From: Legionellaceae bacterium
GTDB taxonomy: Bacteria; Pseudomonadota; Gammaproteobacteria; Legionellales; Legionellaceae
Assembly: GCA_947504875.1 (NCBI GenBank)
Contig: CANNJI010000001.1
Span: forward strand, 11,906 to 75,905
Direction of reading: 5' to 3'
Length of the DNA: 64,000 nt
The notes beneath the pieces are model-generated. The model saw only the letters and a list, made by a program, of their open reading frames with translations, ran no database searches and had not been told where the DNA came from. A program made the translations under genes and the position numbers. Every line of letters starts with the position of its first letter. Position 1 is the first letter of the stretch. Positions 31,237 to 40,645 of the stretch are shown in pieces.

Positions 31237-33519
31237 ATGAGCAAGCATTTAGTGATTGTTGAATCACCGGCAAAGGCAAAAACAATTCAGAAATATCTTG
31301 GTAAGGATTATGAAGTATTGGCCTCTTATGGTCATGTCAGGGATTTACCTGCTAAAAAGGGCTCGGTTAAGCCTGACGAAGGTTTTCTCATGACCTATGC
31401 GCCTATTGAGCGAAATGCTCGTCACATAGAGCTTATCTCAAAGGCCCTGAAAAAATCAGATTCATTATTGCTCGCAACTGACCCTGATCGCGAAGGCGAA
31501 GCAATTTCTTGGCATATTTATGAGTTAATGAACGAGCGAAAGTTACTCGAAGGTAAAACAGTACAACGTATTTTTTTCAATGAAATCACAAAGTCAGCAA
31601 TACAAGAAGCGATTGCACATCCAAGAGACATTGCTATGGATCTTGTGAATGCACAACAGGCACGGCGTGCACTTGATTATTTGGTTGGATTTAATTTATC
31701 GCCATTGTTATGGAAAAAAATCAGACGTGGATTATCAGCAGGACGTGTTCAAAGCCCGGCTTTACGTCTTATTGTAGAGCGTGAAGAAGCCATCGAGGCT
31801 TTTGTTTCACAAGAATATTGGAAAATTATCGCTAAATGCGAGCACCATGCTTCTTTGTTTGAATCAAGGCTAACGCATTACAACAATGAGAAACTGCAAC
31901 AGTTCACAATAACCGATGCCACAAAAGGGCATGATGTAAAAGCAACGTTATTAAAAGACGCCAACGGAAAGCTTACAGTTAAATCAGTTGATAAAAAACA
32001 GCGAAAACGCCAGCCTTACGCACCTTTTATAACGTCTACATTACAGCAAGAGGCAGCAAGAAAACTTGGATTTACTGCGCGAAAAACCATGACTGTTGCG
32101 CAGCAGTTGTATGAAGGTATCGATGTAGGCACAGGAACAGTCGGTCTAATTTCCTATATGCGTACAGATTCCGTTCACTTGTCTCAAGAAGCAACAGATG
32201 AAATTCGCGCATATATTAATGAACGCTTTGGTGAAGAGAATTGTCCTAAGGCTGTACGTGTATACAAAACGAAATCTAAAAATGCACAAGAGGCTCATGA
32301 AGCGATTCGGTCAACTTCTATCAGACGTACACCGGAAATGGTTCAGGCCTCTTTGACACCGGATCAATATAATTTATATGTGTTGATATGGAAGCGAACA
32401 TTATCTTCACAAATGATGGATGCTTTAATTGATACCATTGCGGTAGATTTTTTATGTGGTGAATCGCATATTTTTAGAAGCAATGGATCAACTGTTGCAT
32501 TTCCTGGTTTTCTTGCCGTGTATGAAGAGGGTCAAGATGACTCTAAACAGGAAGATGACGACACTGCAAAACTCCCTGTCTTTGTCGTGGGAGATGAGGT
32601 TCAACTGCACGATATAGCAGCAAACCAACATTTTACAGAGCCGCCACCCCGTTATTCTGAAGCAACATTGGTTAAGGCATTAGAAGAATTTGATATTGGC
32701 CGTCCATCGACTTATGCATCAATTATTCATACATTACAACAGCGTGATTATGTAACTGTCGATAAAAAAAGATTTTCTCCAACCGATGTTGGTCGTATTG
32801 TAAGTAAGTTTCTTACGGAGTACTTTACACGCTATGTTGATTATCAGTTCACCGCTCAACTCGAAGATACCCTTGATGCCATCGCTCGAGGTGAAAAAGA
32901 GTGGATCCCTATTCTCACAGAGTTTTGGGGGCCATTCATTCAACAAGTAACGTCAATTGATGATTCTGTTCAACGTAAAGATGTCACTACTGAGATGCTT
33001 GATGAAAAATGTCCAAAATGTACGAAGCCATTATCTATTCGACTTGGAAAACGAGGTCGGTTTATAGGCTGCACAGGTTTTCCTGAGTGCGACTATACTC
33101 AGGATTTAGCTACAGGTGGTGCTGACCCCGTTGCTGAAGCTCAAGTTGTGGAAGGACGAGTTTGTCCTGATTGCACACATCCATTGCATATCAAAACAGG
33201 ACGTTATGGACGATTTATTGGGTGCAGTAACTATCCCCAATGTAAATTTATCGAACCATTAGAAAAACCAGCGGATACAGGGGTAAACTGTCCTAAATGT
33301 CAAACGACGACTATCTTAAAAAGAAAGTCGAGAAAAGGTCGTATTTTTTATTCGTGTGGGGCTTATCCAACGTGCGATTATGCGCTTTGGAACGAACCAC
33401 TTGATAAGGCATGTCCTACATGTCATTGGCCGGTCCTCACGTTAAAAGAGACTAAGCGGCATGGTAGACAACTTATTTGTCCACAGGAAGGGTGCGGTTA
33501 TGTGGCGGATGAAACTTAA
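31237..33519 (+). CDS. topA: DNA topoisomerase I
   Basis: TOPRIM start LVIVESPAKAKTI, active-site region GLISYMRTDS and multiple C-terminal C4 zinc ribbons (CPKC...C..C). Confidence 0.95.
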   Translation: MSKHLVIVESPAKAKTIQKYLGKDYEVLASYGHVRDLPAKKGSVKPDEGFLMTYAPIERNARHIELISKALKKSDSLLLATDPDREGEAISWHIYELMNERKLLEGKTVQRIFFNEITKSAIQEAIAHPRDIAMDLVNAQQARRALDYLVGFNLSPLLWKKIRRGLSAGRVQSPALRLIVEREEAIEAFVSQEYWKIIAKCEHHASLFESRLTHYNNEKLQQFTITDATKGHDVKATLLKDANGKLTVKSVDKKQRKRQPYAPFITSTLQQEAARKLGFTARKTMTVAQQLYEGIDVGTGTVGLISYMRTDSVHLSQEATDEIRAYINERFGEENCPKAVRVYKTKSKNAQEAHEAIRSTSIRRTPEMVQASLTPDQYNLYVLIWKRTLSSQMMDALIDTIAVDFLCGESHIFRSNGSTVAFPGFLAVYEEGQDDSKQEDDDTAKLPVFVVGDEVQLHDIAANQHFTEPPPRYSEATLVKALEEFDIGRPSTYASIIHTLQQRDYVTVDKKRFSPTDVGRIVSKFLTEYFTRYVDYQFTAQLEDTLDAIARGEKEWIPILTEFWGPFIQQVTSIDDSVQRKDVTTEMLDEKCPKCTKPLSIRLGKRGRFIGCTGFPECDYTQDLATGGADPVAEAQVVEGRVCPDCTHPLHIKTGRYGRFIGCSNYPQCKFIEPLEKPADTGVNCPKCQTTTILKRKSRKGRIFYSCGAYPTCDYALWNEPLDKACPTCHWPVLTLKETKRHGRQLICPQEGCGYVADET

Positions 33520-33615
33520 TATGCGATTTAATCGCACATACCTATTGACATAGGTATGCAGATTGGACGACAATGCGTCGATTGATTTTTTTTATGCTTA
33601 AAGGAGCAAGGTAAC

Positions 33616-33822
33616 ATGGCGGACAAAGTACGCGGTACAGTAAAGTGGTTTAACGAGAGCAAAGGTTTCGGTTTCATTGAATGCAATGGAAAAGATTACT
33701 TCGTTCATTTCAGCGCTATTACTGGCAACGGTTTCAAAACCCTTCAAGAAGGTGCGGCAGTAATGTTCCGTGCAGCTCAAGGGCAAAAAGGACCACAAGC
33801 TGAAGAAGTTGAAGTAGTTTAA
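33616..33822 (+). CDS. cold-shock domain protein (CspA family)
   Basis: 68 aa. RNP1-like KGFGFI and RNP2-like YFVHFS motifs. Confidence 0.9.
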   Translation: MADKVRGTVKWFNESKGFGFIECNGKDYFVHFSAITGNGFKTLQEGAAVMFRAAQGQKGPQAEEVEVV

Positions 33823-33857
33823 GACTTTTTAAGTGTTTTAAAGGTAATTATAAGATC

Positions 33858-34247
33858 ATGAATTATAGACGCATGCTGAAATCAAAAATTCATAGGGCGA
33901 CTATAACACATGCAGATTTAGATTACGAAGGCAGTATCACGCTCTCACCTGAGTTGCTTGAGGCTGCAGATATCTTACCTCACGAGGCGGTCCATATCTG
34001 GAACGTCACGGCTGGAACGCGGTTTGAGACGTATGCCATTCTTGGTCATCCGAACTCAACCGCCGTTTGTGTTAATGGCGCAGCAGCACACTTAGTTACG
34101 CCTGGCGACATCATTATTATTGCTTCATTTATTCAATTGGCAGAAGAGCGTTGTTTATCGCATATTACGACTGTTGTATTTGTTGATGAACGCAACCAAC
34201 TCAAAGAAAAACGCCCAGAAGTCATATCTTTACCGATTCATGCTTAA
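33858..34247 (+). CDS. panD: aspartate 1-decarboxylase
   Basis: [12 protein letters not shown]...DLDYEGSIT with the Gly-Ser self-cleavage site. An alternative start at Met6 (33873) is possible. Confidence 0.9.
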   Translation: MNYRRMLKSKIHRATITHADLDYEGSITLSPELLEAADILPHEAVHIWNVTAGTRFETYAILGHPNSTAVCVNGAAAHLVTPGDIIIIASFIQLAEERCLSHITTVVFVDERNQLKEKRPEVISLPIHA

Positions 34248-34265
34248 TAGAATTTGATTATTGAC

Positions 34266-34463
34266 TCATTCGTACGCGGGTGGGGGGCAAGCGTGGTTTG
34301 ATTTTTCCATCGGTTCTGTTACATCAACAGGCGTCGTTTCACCCCAATGGATCCATCTGTTTTTGGGGGAGGTTATGATTTGATGATAACTGACTGCATC
34401 GGTCGCACGATTATTACAGGCGCAGAGTAATAGTAACAGACAAGACACACACAAGCATTTCAT
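34266..34463 (-). CDS. small putative lipoprotein
   Basis: 65-aa ORF with a hydrophobic leader ending LLLLCAC (imperfect lipobox). No other support. Confidence 0.3.
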   Translation of the reverse strand: MKCLCVSCLLLLLCACNNRATDAVSYHQIITSPKNRWIHWGETTPVDVTEPMEKSNHACPPPAYE

Positions 34464-34544
34464 TGTATTCTCTTACATTGTGTTGAATACTATAAGTCTA
34501 AATTATCTATTGATTTTTTACCATCTTCTTAAAGGAGATTTGGC

Positions 34545-35702
34545 ATGGACGATCTATTCTATTTTGATGAACAATTAAACGATGATGAGCGACTGATTCG
34601 TGATGAAGTATCGCGTTTTGTTGATCGAGATGTACTTCCGCATATCACGGTTGATTTTGAGACAGGACATTTTCAAGAGGCACTCATAAAAAAAATTGCC
34701 AAACTGGGCTTGTTGGGTTTGACCTTACCTTTTGAATATGGGGGGGCAGGGGCATCTTATGTGAGCTATGGCTTGGTTTGTGAAGCATTAGAACAAGGAG
34801 ATAGCGGCCTTCGCAGTTTTGTATCCGTTCAAAATTCACTGTGTATGTTTCCGATTTTTCGTTATGGGACAGAAGAACAAAAGAATCGATTTTTAAAGTT
34901 AATGGCCGTGGGGGAATGTATCGGTTGTTTTGGGTTGACTGAAGCCAATTCGGGTTCAGATCCAGCCAGCATGCATACTCACGCAAAAAAGGTGGCAGGG
35001 GGTTATTGTTTAAATGGTTCTAAGATGTGGATTACGAATGCTACCATCGCTGATATTGCTATTGTATGGGCAAAAACAGAAGAAGGGATCCGTGGTTTTA
35101 TTGTTGAAAAAGACTTTAAAGGATTTAAGCGAGAAGAAATAAAGCACAAAATGTCGTTGCGAGCTTCGGTTACAGGGGCTTTATTTTTTGAGGATGTATT
35201 CATTCCAGAAGCGAATTATTTGGTAGGAAGTGAGCGTGGCTTAAGTGCAACTTTGGATTGTTTGAATCAAGCGCGTTACGGCATTGCGTGGGGCGCAATG
35301 GGCGCGGCGAAAGCATGTTTTGATTTAACGCGAAGTTATTTACTTGAAAGAAAGCAGTTTGATAAACCATTGGCATCTTTTCAATTGATTCAAAAAGATT
35401 TAGCGATGATGTACACAGAAATTATTAAAGCGCAGTGGATAAATTTAAGGCTGGGTCGTTTAAAAGACGAGGGACGTGAGACTCCAGCAATGATTTCATT
35501 TGCGAAAGGAAATGCTTGCAGAGAGGCCATTAAAATTGCGCGATCCTGTCGTAATTTGCTAGGGGCTAATGGTATTAGTTTGGAGTATCATGTTATTCGT
35601 CATTTATTGAATTTAGAGAGTGTATTAACGTATGAGGGAACTGATAACGTACATACGTTGGTCCTGGGACGACATATTACGGGGATTAATGCATTTAGTT
35701 GA
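34545..35702 (+). CDS. gcdH: glutaryl-CoA dehydrogenase (acyl-CoA dehydrogenase family)
   Basis: GCFGLTEANSGSDP and KMWITNATIADIAIVWAK motifs and a C-terminal YEGT...H.L.LGR signature, as in GCDH. Confidence 0.8.
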   Translation: MDDLFYFDEQLNDDERLIRDEVSRFVDRDVLPHITVDFETGHFQEALIKKIAKLGLLGLTLPFEYGGAGASYVSYGLVCEALEQGDSGLRSFVSVQNSLCMFPIFRYGTEEQKNRFLKLMAVGECIGCFGLTEANSGSDPASMHTHAKKVAGGYCLNGSKMWITNATIADIAIVWAKTEEGIRGFIVEKDFKGFKREEIKHKMSLRASVTGALFFEDVFIPEANYLVGSERGLSATLDCLNQARYGIAWGAMGAAKACFDLTRSYLLERKQFDKPLASFQLIQKDLAMMYTEIIKAQWINLRLGRLKDEGRETPAMISFAKGNACREAIKIARSCRNLLGANGISLEYHVIRHLLNLESVLTYEGTDNVHTLVLGRHITGINAFS

Positions 35703-35752
35703 GGATGAATGATTGTTATTTTTCTAAAGAAACGTTAATATTCAATCCGAGT

Positions 35753-35829
35753 CGGGGCGTAGCGCAGCCTGGTAGCGTACTAGCATGGGGTGCTAGTGGT
35801 CGAAGGTTCAAATCCTTCCGTCCCGACCA
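35753..35829 (+). tRNA. tRNA-Pro (anticodon GGG)
   Basis: 77 nt. 7-bp acceptor stem CGGGGCG/CGTCCCG (one G-U). D-arm GCGCAGCCTGGTAGCGT. Anticodon stem CTAGC/GCTAG with loop ATGGGGT. T-arm GAAGGTTCAAATCCTTC. Encoded CCA. Close to the E. coli proL pattern. Confidence 0.93.
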
Positions 35830-35968
35830 ATAAAATCAATGAGTTACGAATTAAAAGGTTTTAGATTTCTGTTTTTTGGTACCAATCTTGGTACCGATTC
35901 GTCAAAGTGTCTTGCATCCTAAATTATGTGGTACCATTTTGTTGATATCTCTTGCATGAAAAATAAAA

Positions 35969-36949
35969 ATGACAAAACTTAGATCAAAACAATTGCTGCT
36001 CCCAAGTAGTGCCGCGCCTTGTAAATCTTTTCAGGAAGGCTTCTTGCGTGTTTCGGCAATACATGAAATCTGGTATGGCCAATATGGCAATCCAAACGGT
36101 ACTCCCGTCATCGTGTTACATGGTGGTCCGGGTGCGGGTTGTGACGAAGATACTGTAAACTTATTTGATCCTGAGTTTTGGCGCATTATTTTACTTGATC
36201 AACGTGGGGCTAAGCGCTCAAAACCATTCAGCGAAATAAAGGACAATACAACACAGCATCTCATCGCTGATATTGAATCGCTGAGAAAAGAGTTACATAT
36301 TGATAAATGGCTTGTGTTTGGTGGCTCATGGGGCAGTGCCCTTGCCATCGCTTATGGTGAAACGTACCCCAGTCATGTTCTTGGTTTCATTTTGCGTGGC
36401 ATCTTTCTTGCACGCAAACACGAAACTCAAGACTTATGGTTTGGAATGGGCAGGATCTTTCCTGATGCGTGGCAAGCGCTCAATGATTACATCCCTATTG
36501 AAGAGCAACATGATTTAATCAACGCCTATTATCGACGAGTGATGAGTCCTGATTTAGACATAGCAATCCCAGCCGCAAGAGCATTTATTAAATATGACTT
36601 CACCTGCTCTTTTCTTAACCTGTCCGCTAAGAAGCTCAAGCAATCCATGTCTGATGACAGATTAATCCTCGGTTTAACACGTATCTATATGCATTATTGT
36701 GTCAATCATTTTTTTCTCAAAGAAAACCAACTCATCGATAACATAAACATAATTAATCACGTACCTCTAATTATTGTCCATGGGCGTTACGACATCATAA
36801 CATTGCCAAAAAATGCTTATGATCTTCATCGAATATGGCCTGGCTCTGAGTTGGTTTTTGTTAATAGTGCAGGGCATTCTGCAAAAGAAAAGCAAATCGC
36901 AGTTCATCTGGCAAAAGCTACGGAGAAAATGAAAGCGTGCATAAGATGA
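35969..36949 (+). CDS. pip: prolyl aminopeptidase (proline iminopeptidase)
   Basis: Alpha/beta-hydrolase with LHGGPGAG oxyanion motif and GGSWGS nucleophile elbow, typical of Pip. Confidence 0.8.
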   Translation: MTKLRSKQLLLPSSAAPCKSFQEGFLRVSAIHEIWYGQYGNPNGTPVIVLHGGPGAGCDEDTVNLFDPEFWRIILLDQRGAKRSKPFSEIKDNTTQHLIADIESLRKELHIDKWLVFGGSWGSALAIAYGETYPSHVLGFILRGIFLARKHETQDLWFGMGRIFPDAWQALNDYIPIEEQHDLINAYYRRVMSPDLDIAIPAARAFIKYDFTCSFLNLSAKKLKQSMSDDRLILGLTRIYMHYCVNHFFLKENQLIDNINIINHVPLIIVHGRYDIITLPKNAYDLHRIWPGSELVFVNSAGHSAKEKQIAVHLAKATEKMKACIR

Positions 36950-37590
36950 ATAAAAAACATCGATACCCCCCAAAATCCGAGTGTCGCCACATTTACCCAC
37001 AGGGCCAACAGGCCTATCCGCACAAAATGAAGGGTGCTCCTGACCTATTGGCTTGTGGATAAAAGGTGGCTCTACGAGATCTGTTTGTAACGCCACTATT
37101 AAAACCCATGGACTGTGTTTCTTTTGGCGAAGATTTCAAGGATTATTGATTCGGTGTTTTTGTCTCAAGCGCGCAACGAAAACAGTGCGCTTCATAACAA
37201 AGAAGACTCATCATACCATAAAAATACTTGGTAAAATAAATGAGTGGAATAAAGACTTAGAAGCAAAGACTACACACCTTTCGTCATCTGAATGACTTTC
37301 TTTAACCCAATGATTTTTAATGTTTTTATTTGAATTTAATTGGTTTTTTTGTAAAATACAGCGATGATAACATGATGAGTGAGATGATGAGACATATATT
37401 AGTATAATGATTTGTTTTTACTATGATTTTTTTGTCTTATTTAGATGAGATCATCGAGTTTTCATCATTGCTTCATCACAGAGTATGATTAAAAACACCC
37501 AATTATTTTCAATGAACTGCTAAATTTTCTACATGCTCAATTAAACAAATGCTATAATTTGGTTAGTCGGGTACTTGAGAGAAAACACAA

Positions 37591-38142
37591 ATGAACGCTA
37601 TCCCATGCGAAAATCTAAAAATCGAGACTGAACGATTAATACTTCGGCCGTTTAACTTACATGATCTCGATGATTTTGCTTTAATATGTGCCGATCCTGA
37701 AGTAATGCGCTATATAGGTAATGGGAAAGCACTTGAAAAAGAGACCACTAAAGATCTATTGGTTTGGATCATTTCACAATATGAAGAATTAGGTTTTGGT
37801 TTATTGGCTGTTACGTTAAAAGAAAATAACCGGCTCTTAGGCTTTTGCGGATTCATAAAACAAGTCATTGATAATGAAACTCATATTGAGCTTGGCTATC
37901 GTCTAGATAGCGCTTTTTGGGGGCAAGGAATAGCAACTGAAGCAGCTCAAGCCATGAAAAATTATGCCTTTAACCAATTAAATATTGCTCATCTGATTTC
38001 TATCATCCATGTGGATAATATGGCGTCAAAACAAGTTGCACAAAAAGTTGGGCTGAGCCATATGAAACAAACCCATTTTAAGGGAAACTTGGTTGATGTT
38101 TTTTGTATGAGACAGGTGGAAAACTGCAGATCAATAAATTAA
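37591..38142 (+). CDS. GNAT family N-acetyltransferase (RimJ/RimL-like)
   Basis: LRPF..HDLDDF N-terminus and acetyl-CoA motif A FWGQGIATEAAQAM. Confidence 0.8.
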   Translation: MNAIPCENLKIETERLILRPFNLHDLDDFALICADPEVMRYIGNGKALEKETTKDLLVWIISQYEELGFGLLAVTLKENNRLLGFCGFIKQVIDNETHIELGYRLDSAFWGQGIATEAAQAMKNYAFNQLNIAHLISIIHVDNMASKQVAQKVGLSHMKQTHFKGNLVDVFCMRQVENCRSIN

Positions 38143-38161
38143 CGTTGGAATCTTACTAAAT

Positions 38162-38758
38162 ATGTTATTGATGAACTATCTCAAAAAGATTAAATTGCCA
38201 AATATAGTAATAAAACCTTACGGAGAGGTTAGCAAATCCTTTTTAAAAGAGAATGTTTCAACTTTCTGGGATGCTATAGAGTATGTACATAACTTACCTT
38301 ACGGTCGTACAACAAATAGGGAAAATTATTTACAAGTTCTTAATGAAAAAAAGGGGGCTTGTAGTGCTAAACATGCGTTAATTACGACTCTAGCAGAGGA
38401 GTTGTCAATTCCTTTAAAACTCACGCTTGGTATTTTTCTTTTAACCACAAAAAACATGCCCAAAATAGATACTATTTTGAAGCGCTATCATTTACAAGCA
38501 CTACCCGAGTCCCATTGTTATTTAAAATATAATAATCATACTTTGGATATCACGTTCCCAGATTCTACAGAATTTTCGTTTAATGCTCATTTAGAAGAAG
38601 AAATTAATATTACGCCTCAACAAATTGGATTATTTAAAATAGAGAAGCACCAGACGTTTATTAAGGCATGGATAAAAAATAATGCTGCTTTAAGTTTTGA
38701 TTTGGTCTGGGATGCTCGCGAGCAATGGATCGCGGAGTTAAGTCAGCAAGACCAGTAG
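38162..38758 (+). CDS. hypothetical protein, possible transglutaminase-like Cys-His-Asp fold
   Basis: KGACSAKHALITTLAEELSIP resembles the transglutaminase-core Cys segment, followed by ESHCYLKY...LDITF. Weak, motif-level only. Confidence 0.35.
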   Translation: MLLMNYLKKIKLPNIVIKPYGEVSKSFLKENVSTFWDAIEYVHNLPYGRTTNRENYLQVLNEKKGACSAKHALITTLAEELSIPLKLTLGIFLLTTKNMPKIDTILKRYHLQALPESHCYLKYNNHTLDITFPDSTEFSFNAHLEEEINITPQQIGLFKIEKHQTFIKAWIKNNAALSFDLVWDAREQWIAELSQQDQ

Positions 38759-38780
38759 ACATACACAAGGGGATAAAAAT

Positions 38781-39119
38781 ATGTCAGATCATGTTTTTGT
38801 TGTTTCCGAATGGTTACCTAAAGAAAATCATGAGAAAGAATTATGGAATCGCTTCAAAGAGCTAATAGATTTAACGTTAGAAAAAGAAAGAGGATGTTTG
38901 AGGGCGCATGTAACTCGACAAATTGTACATCCTGGTTCTCCAAGCCAGTCAAAATATTCGATAGTACTGCTTCAGGAATATATTAATATAACAGCATTCG
39001 ATATTCATTGTGCAGCAAATTATGTGACTGATTTTTTTAAAATATATGTTGAAGGTAAAGACACGGCAATAGTTGAAGATTGGCGCTGTAGGCTTTTCAG
39101 CGAAGAGGAAAATACATAA
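38781..39119 (+). CDS. antibiotic-biosynthesis-monooxygenase (ABM/YgiN-like) domain protein
   Basis: 112 aa. Ferredoxin-like pattern VFVVSEW...E.GCL..HV......YSIVLLQEY...AFD.H. Confidence 0.55.
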   Translation: MSDHVFVVSEWLPKENHEKELWNRFKELIDLTLEKERGCLRAHVTRQIVHPGSPSQSKYSIVLLQEYINITAFDIHCAANYVTDFFKIYVEGKDTAIVEDWRCRLFSEEENT

Positions 39120-39183
39120 AAATATTGGTGGCCTAAGTAAGGTTGGATATTGTGTAAACGATAGTTAATAAATTGGGAATCAA

Positions 39184-40536
39184 ATGAATTCAGCCGTACC
39201 ATACAAAGTAGAAGTGGTTCCTTATAACATACATTGGCCCGAGCTATTCAGAAACGAGGCTAATCGAATCCAAAAGACAATAGGCGCATGCCTTAAAGAA
39301 ATTTATCACATAGGTAGCACCAGTATCCCTGATATGCCAGCAAAACCTGCCATTGATATGATGCTGGTACTCGATAATGTAGATGATATTCATGCTATAT
39401 CGGAAAAATTAACTCAATTAAATTATGACCCAATCCAGCGCCAAATCATTCCCCATGTAAGCTTCTTTACAAAACGGCAAGATCAAACAATCCGGTTTCA
39501 TTTACATCTACATGAAAGAGGAAGTCCTCAAATTAATCGTCATATTAATTTCAGAAACTATGTTATTCATCATCCCAAGGTAGCCGATGATTATGCCACG
39601 CTTAAAATTCAATTGGCAACAAAATTTCCCGAGGATATCTATTCTTATGTTTCTGGAAAAGACAAATTAGTTCAAGAAATTGATACCAAAGCCAAGCTCT
39701 GGCTAGAACGAAAGAGAGATTATCTGTTGCCAAACACAGGAGTACTTGCTAAAGATTGGTCTCATGAAAAGCTAGTCAAAGCAATGGAGGCAAATCTTAA
39801 TGTTCATATGACTCATTTTGCTCAATATTTAAGTCAGGTTGAACTCATCAGGGTACCAGGATTTACTCTGGTTAATTCGGGTCTACCAGATGACACTTTT
39901 AATTATGTAATAGACGCTGATTTTTCTTCGGCAGATGCCAATAAAAAAGTTTCAGAAGTAACCGATTACTTTACTCAAAAAAATAGCCCATTTTCATGGT
40001 GGAGCAGTCCTCATGATCAACCAGAGGATTTATCCGTACATTTAGAAAGTCATGGCTATAAAAATACTGAGAACAATCGCGCAATGTATTTTGATTTAGA
40101 TGCTTGGGATGGACAAGTTTTCTCCATACCAAAGCTTAATATTATTCGTGCAACCGATGAAAAAACACTGCTTGATTTTGCATTAGTACTTGCCAATGAT
40201 GAGGCTGCGTTTAAAACGTATTTCTCATGGATAGCCTCGATTTTAACGGATGATGATCCGATTGAATATTATGTTGGATACGTTGATGGAAAACCCGTTG
40301 TGCGTGGGTTATCCTGCTATTTTGCACAAGTTGCAGGATTGCATTGGCTATCAACGGTTACTTCTGAACGCAGAAAAGGTTATGGTAGAGCCATGCAAGA
40401 ATATCGATTAAAGCGAGCAAAGGAGCTTGGTTATCACGTTGCCGTTTTACAAGCATCTAACGAAGGCTATCCACTCTATCGGCAGTTAGGATATAAAAAA
40501 TGTGGTCATTTTCGTGAATATAAAAAACGAAGATAG
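39184..40536 (+). CDS. GrpB-domain / GNAT acetyltransferase fusion protein
   Basis: N-terminal ~170 aa carry the GrpB signature IYHIGSTSIPDMPAKPAIDMM. The C-terminal part ends in GNAT motif A (RRKGYGRAMQ) and LGY....LQAS..G..LY..LGY. Confidence 0.75.
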   Translation: MNSAVPYKVEVVPYNIHWPELFRNEANRIQKTIGACLKEIYHIGSTSIPDMPAKPAIDMMLVLDNVDDIHAISEKLTQLNYDPIQRQIIPHVSFFTKRQDQTIRFHLHLHERGSPQINRHINFRNYVIHHPKVADDYATLKIQLATKFPEDIYSYVSGKDKLVQEIDTKAKLWLERKRDYLLPNTGVLAKDWSHEKLVKAMEANLNVHMTHFAQYLSQVELIRVPGFTLVNSGLPDDTFNYVIDADFSSADANKKVSEVTDYFTQKNSPFSWWSSPHDQPEDLSVHLESHGYKNTENNRAMYFDLDAWDGQVFSIPKLNIIRATDEKTLLDFALVLANDEAAFKTYFSWIASILTDDDPIEYYVGYVDGKPVVRGLSCYFAQVAGLHWLSTVTSERRKGYGRAMQEYRLKRAKELGYHVAVLQASNEGYPLYRQLGYKKCGHFREYKKRR

Positions 40537-40645
40537 CTATTGTTTCATGGTAAAGACGATTTAGGCTCTCTGCCTGACCACTCATACTATTTATTCAAGT
40601 AAAACGCGTTTTTTGTGACTATGAGCATGATTTTTTTGGAAAAAT

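Noticed and set aside
33524-33593. Three small hairpins after topA (TGCGAT/ATCGCA, CATACCTAT/ATAGGTATG, CGAC/GTCG followed by T8)
   Set aside because: Only the weakest stem (4 bp) precedes the T-run, and the strong 9-bp stem has no U-tract. This is not solid enough for a terminator call and may overlap the csp promoter.
35878-35895. Sigma-54 -24/-12 promoter in TTGGTACCAATCTTGGTACC
   Set aside because: The GG-N10-GC spacing is not met (GG falls where GC is required). The motif is kept only as an unexplained repeat.
36767-37295. Track ORFs 36767..37096 (-) and 37053..37295 (+)
   Set aside because: The first is antisense to the pip 3' end. Neither ORF has a recognisable motif or a ribosome-binding site. 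The region is treated as non-coding or relic sequence.
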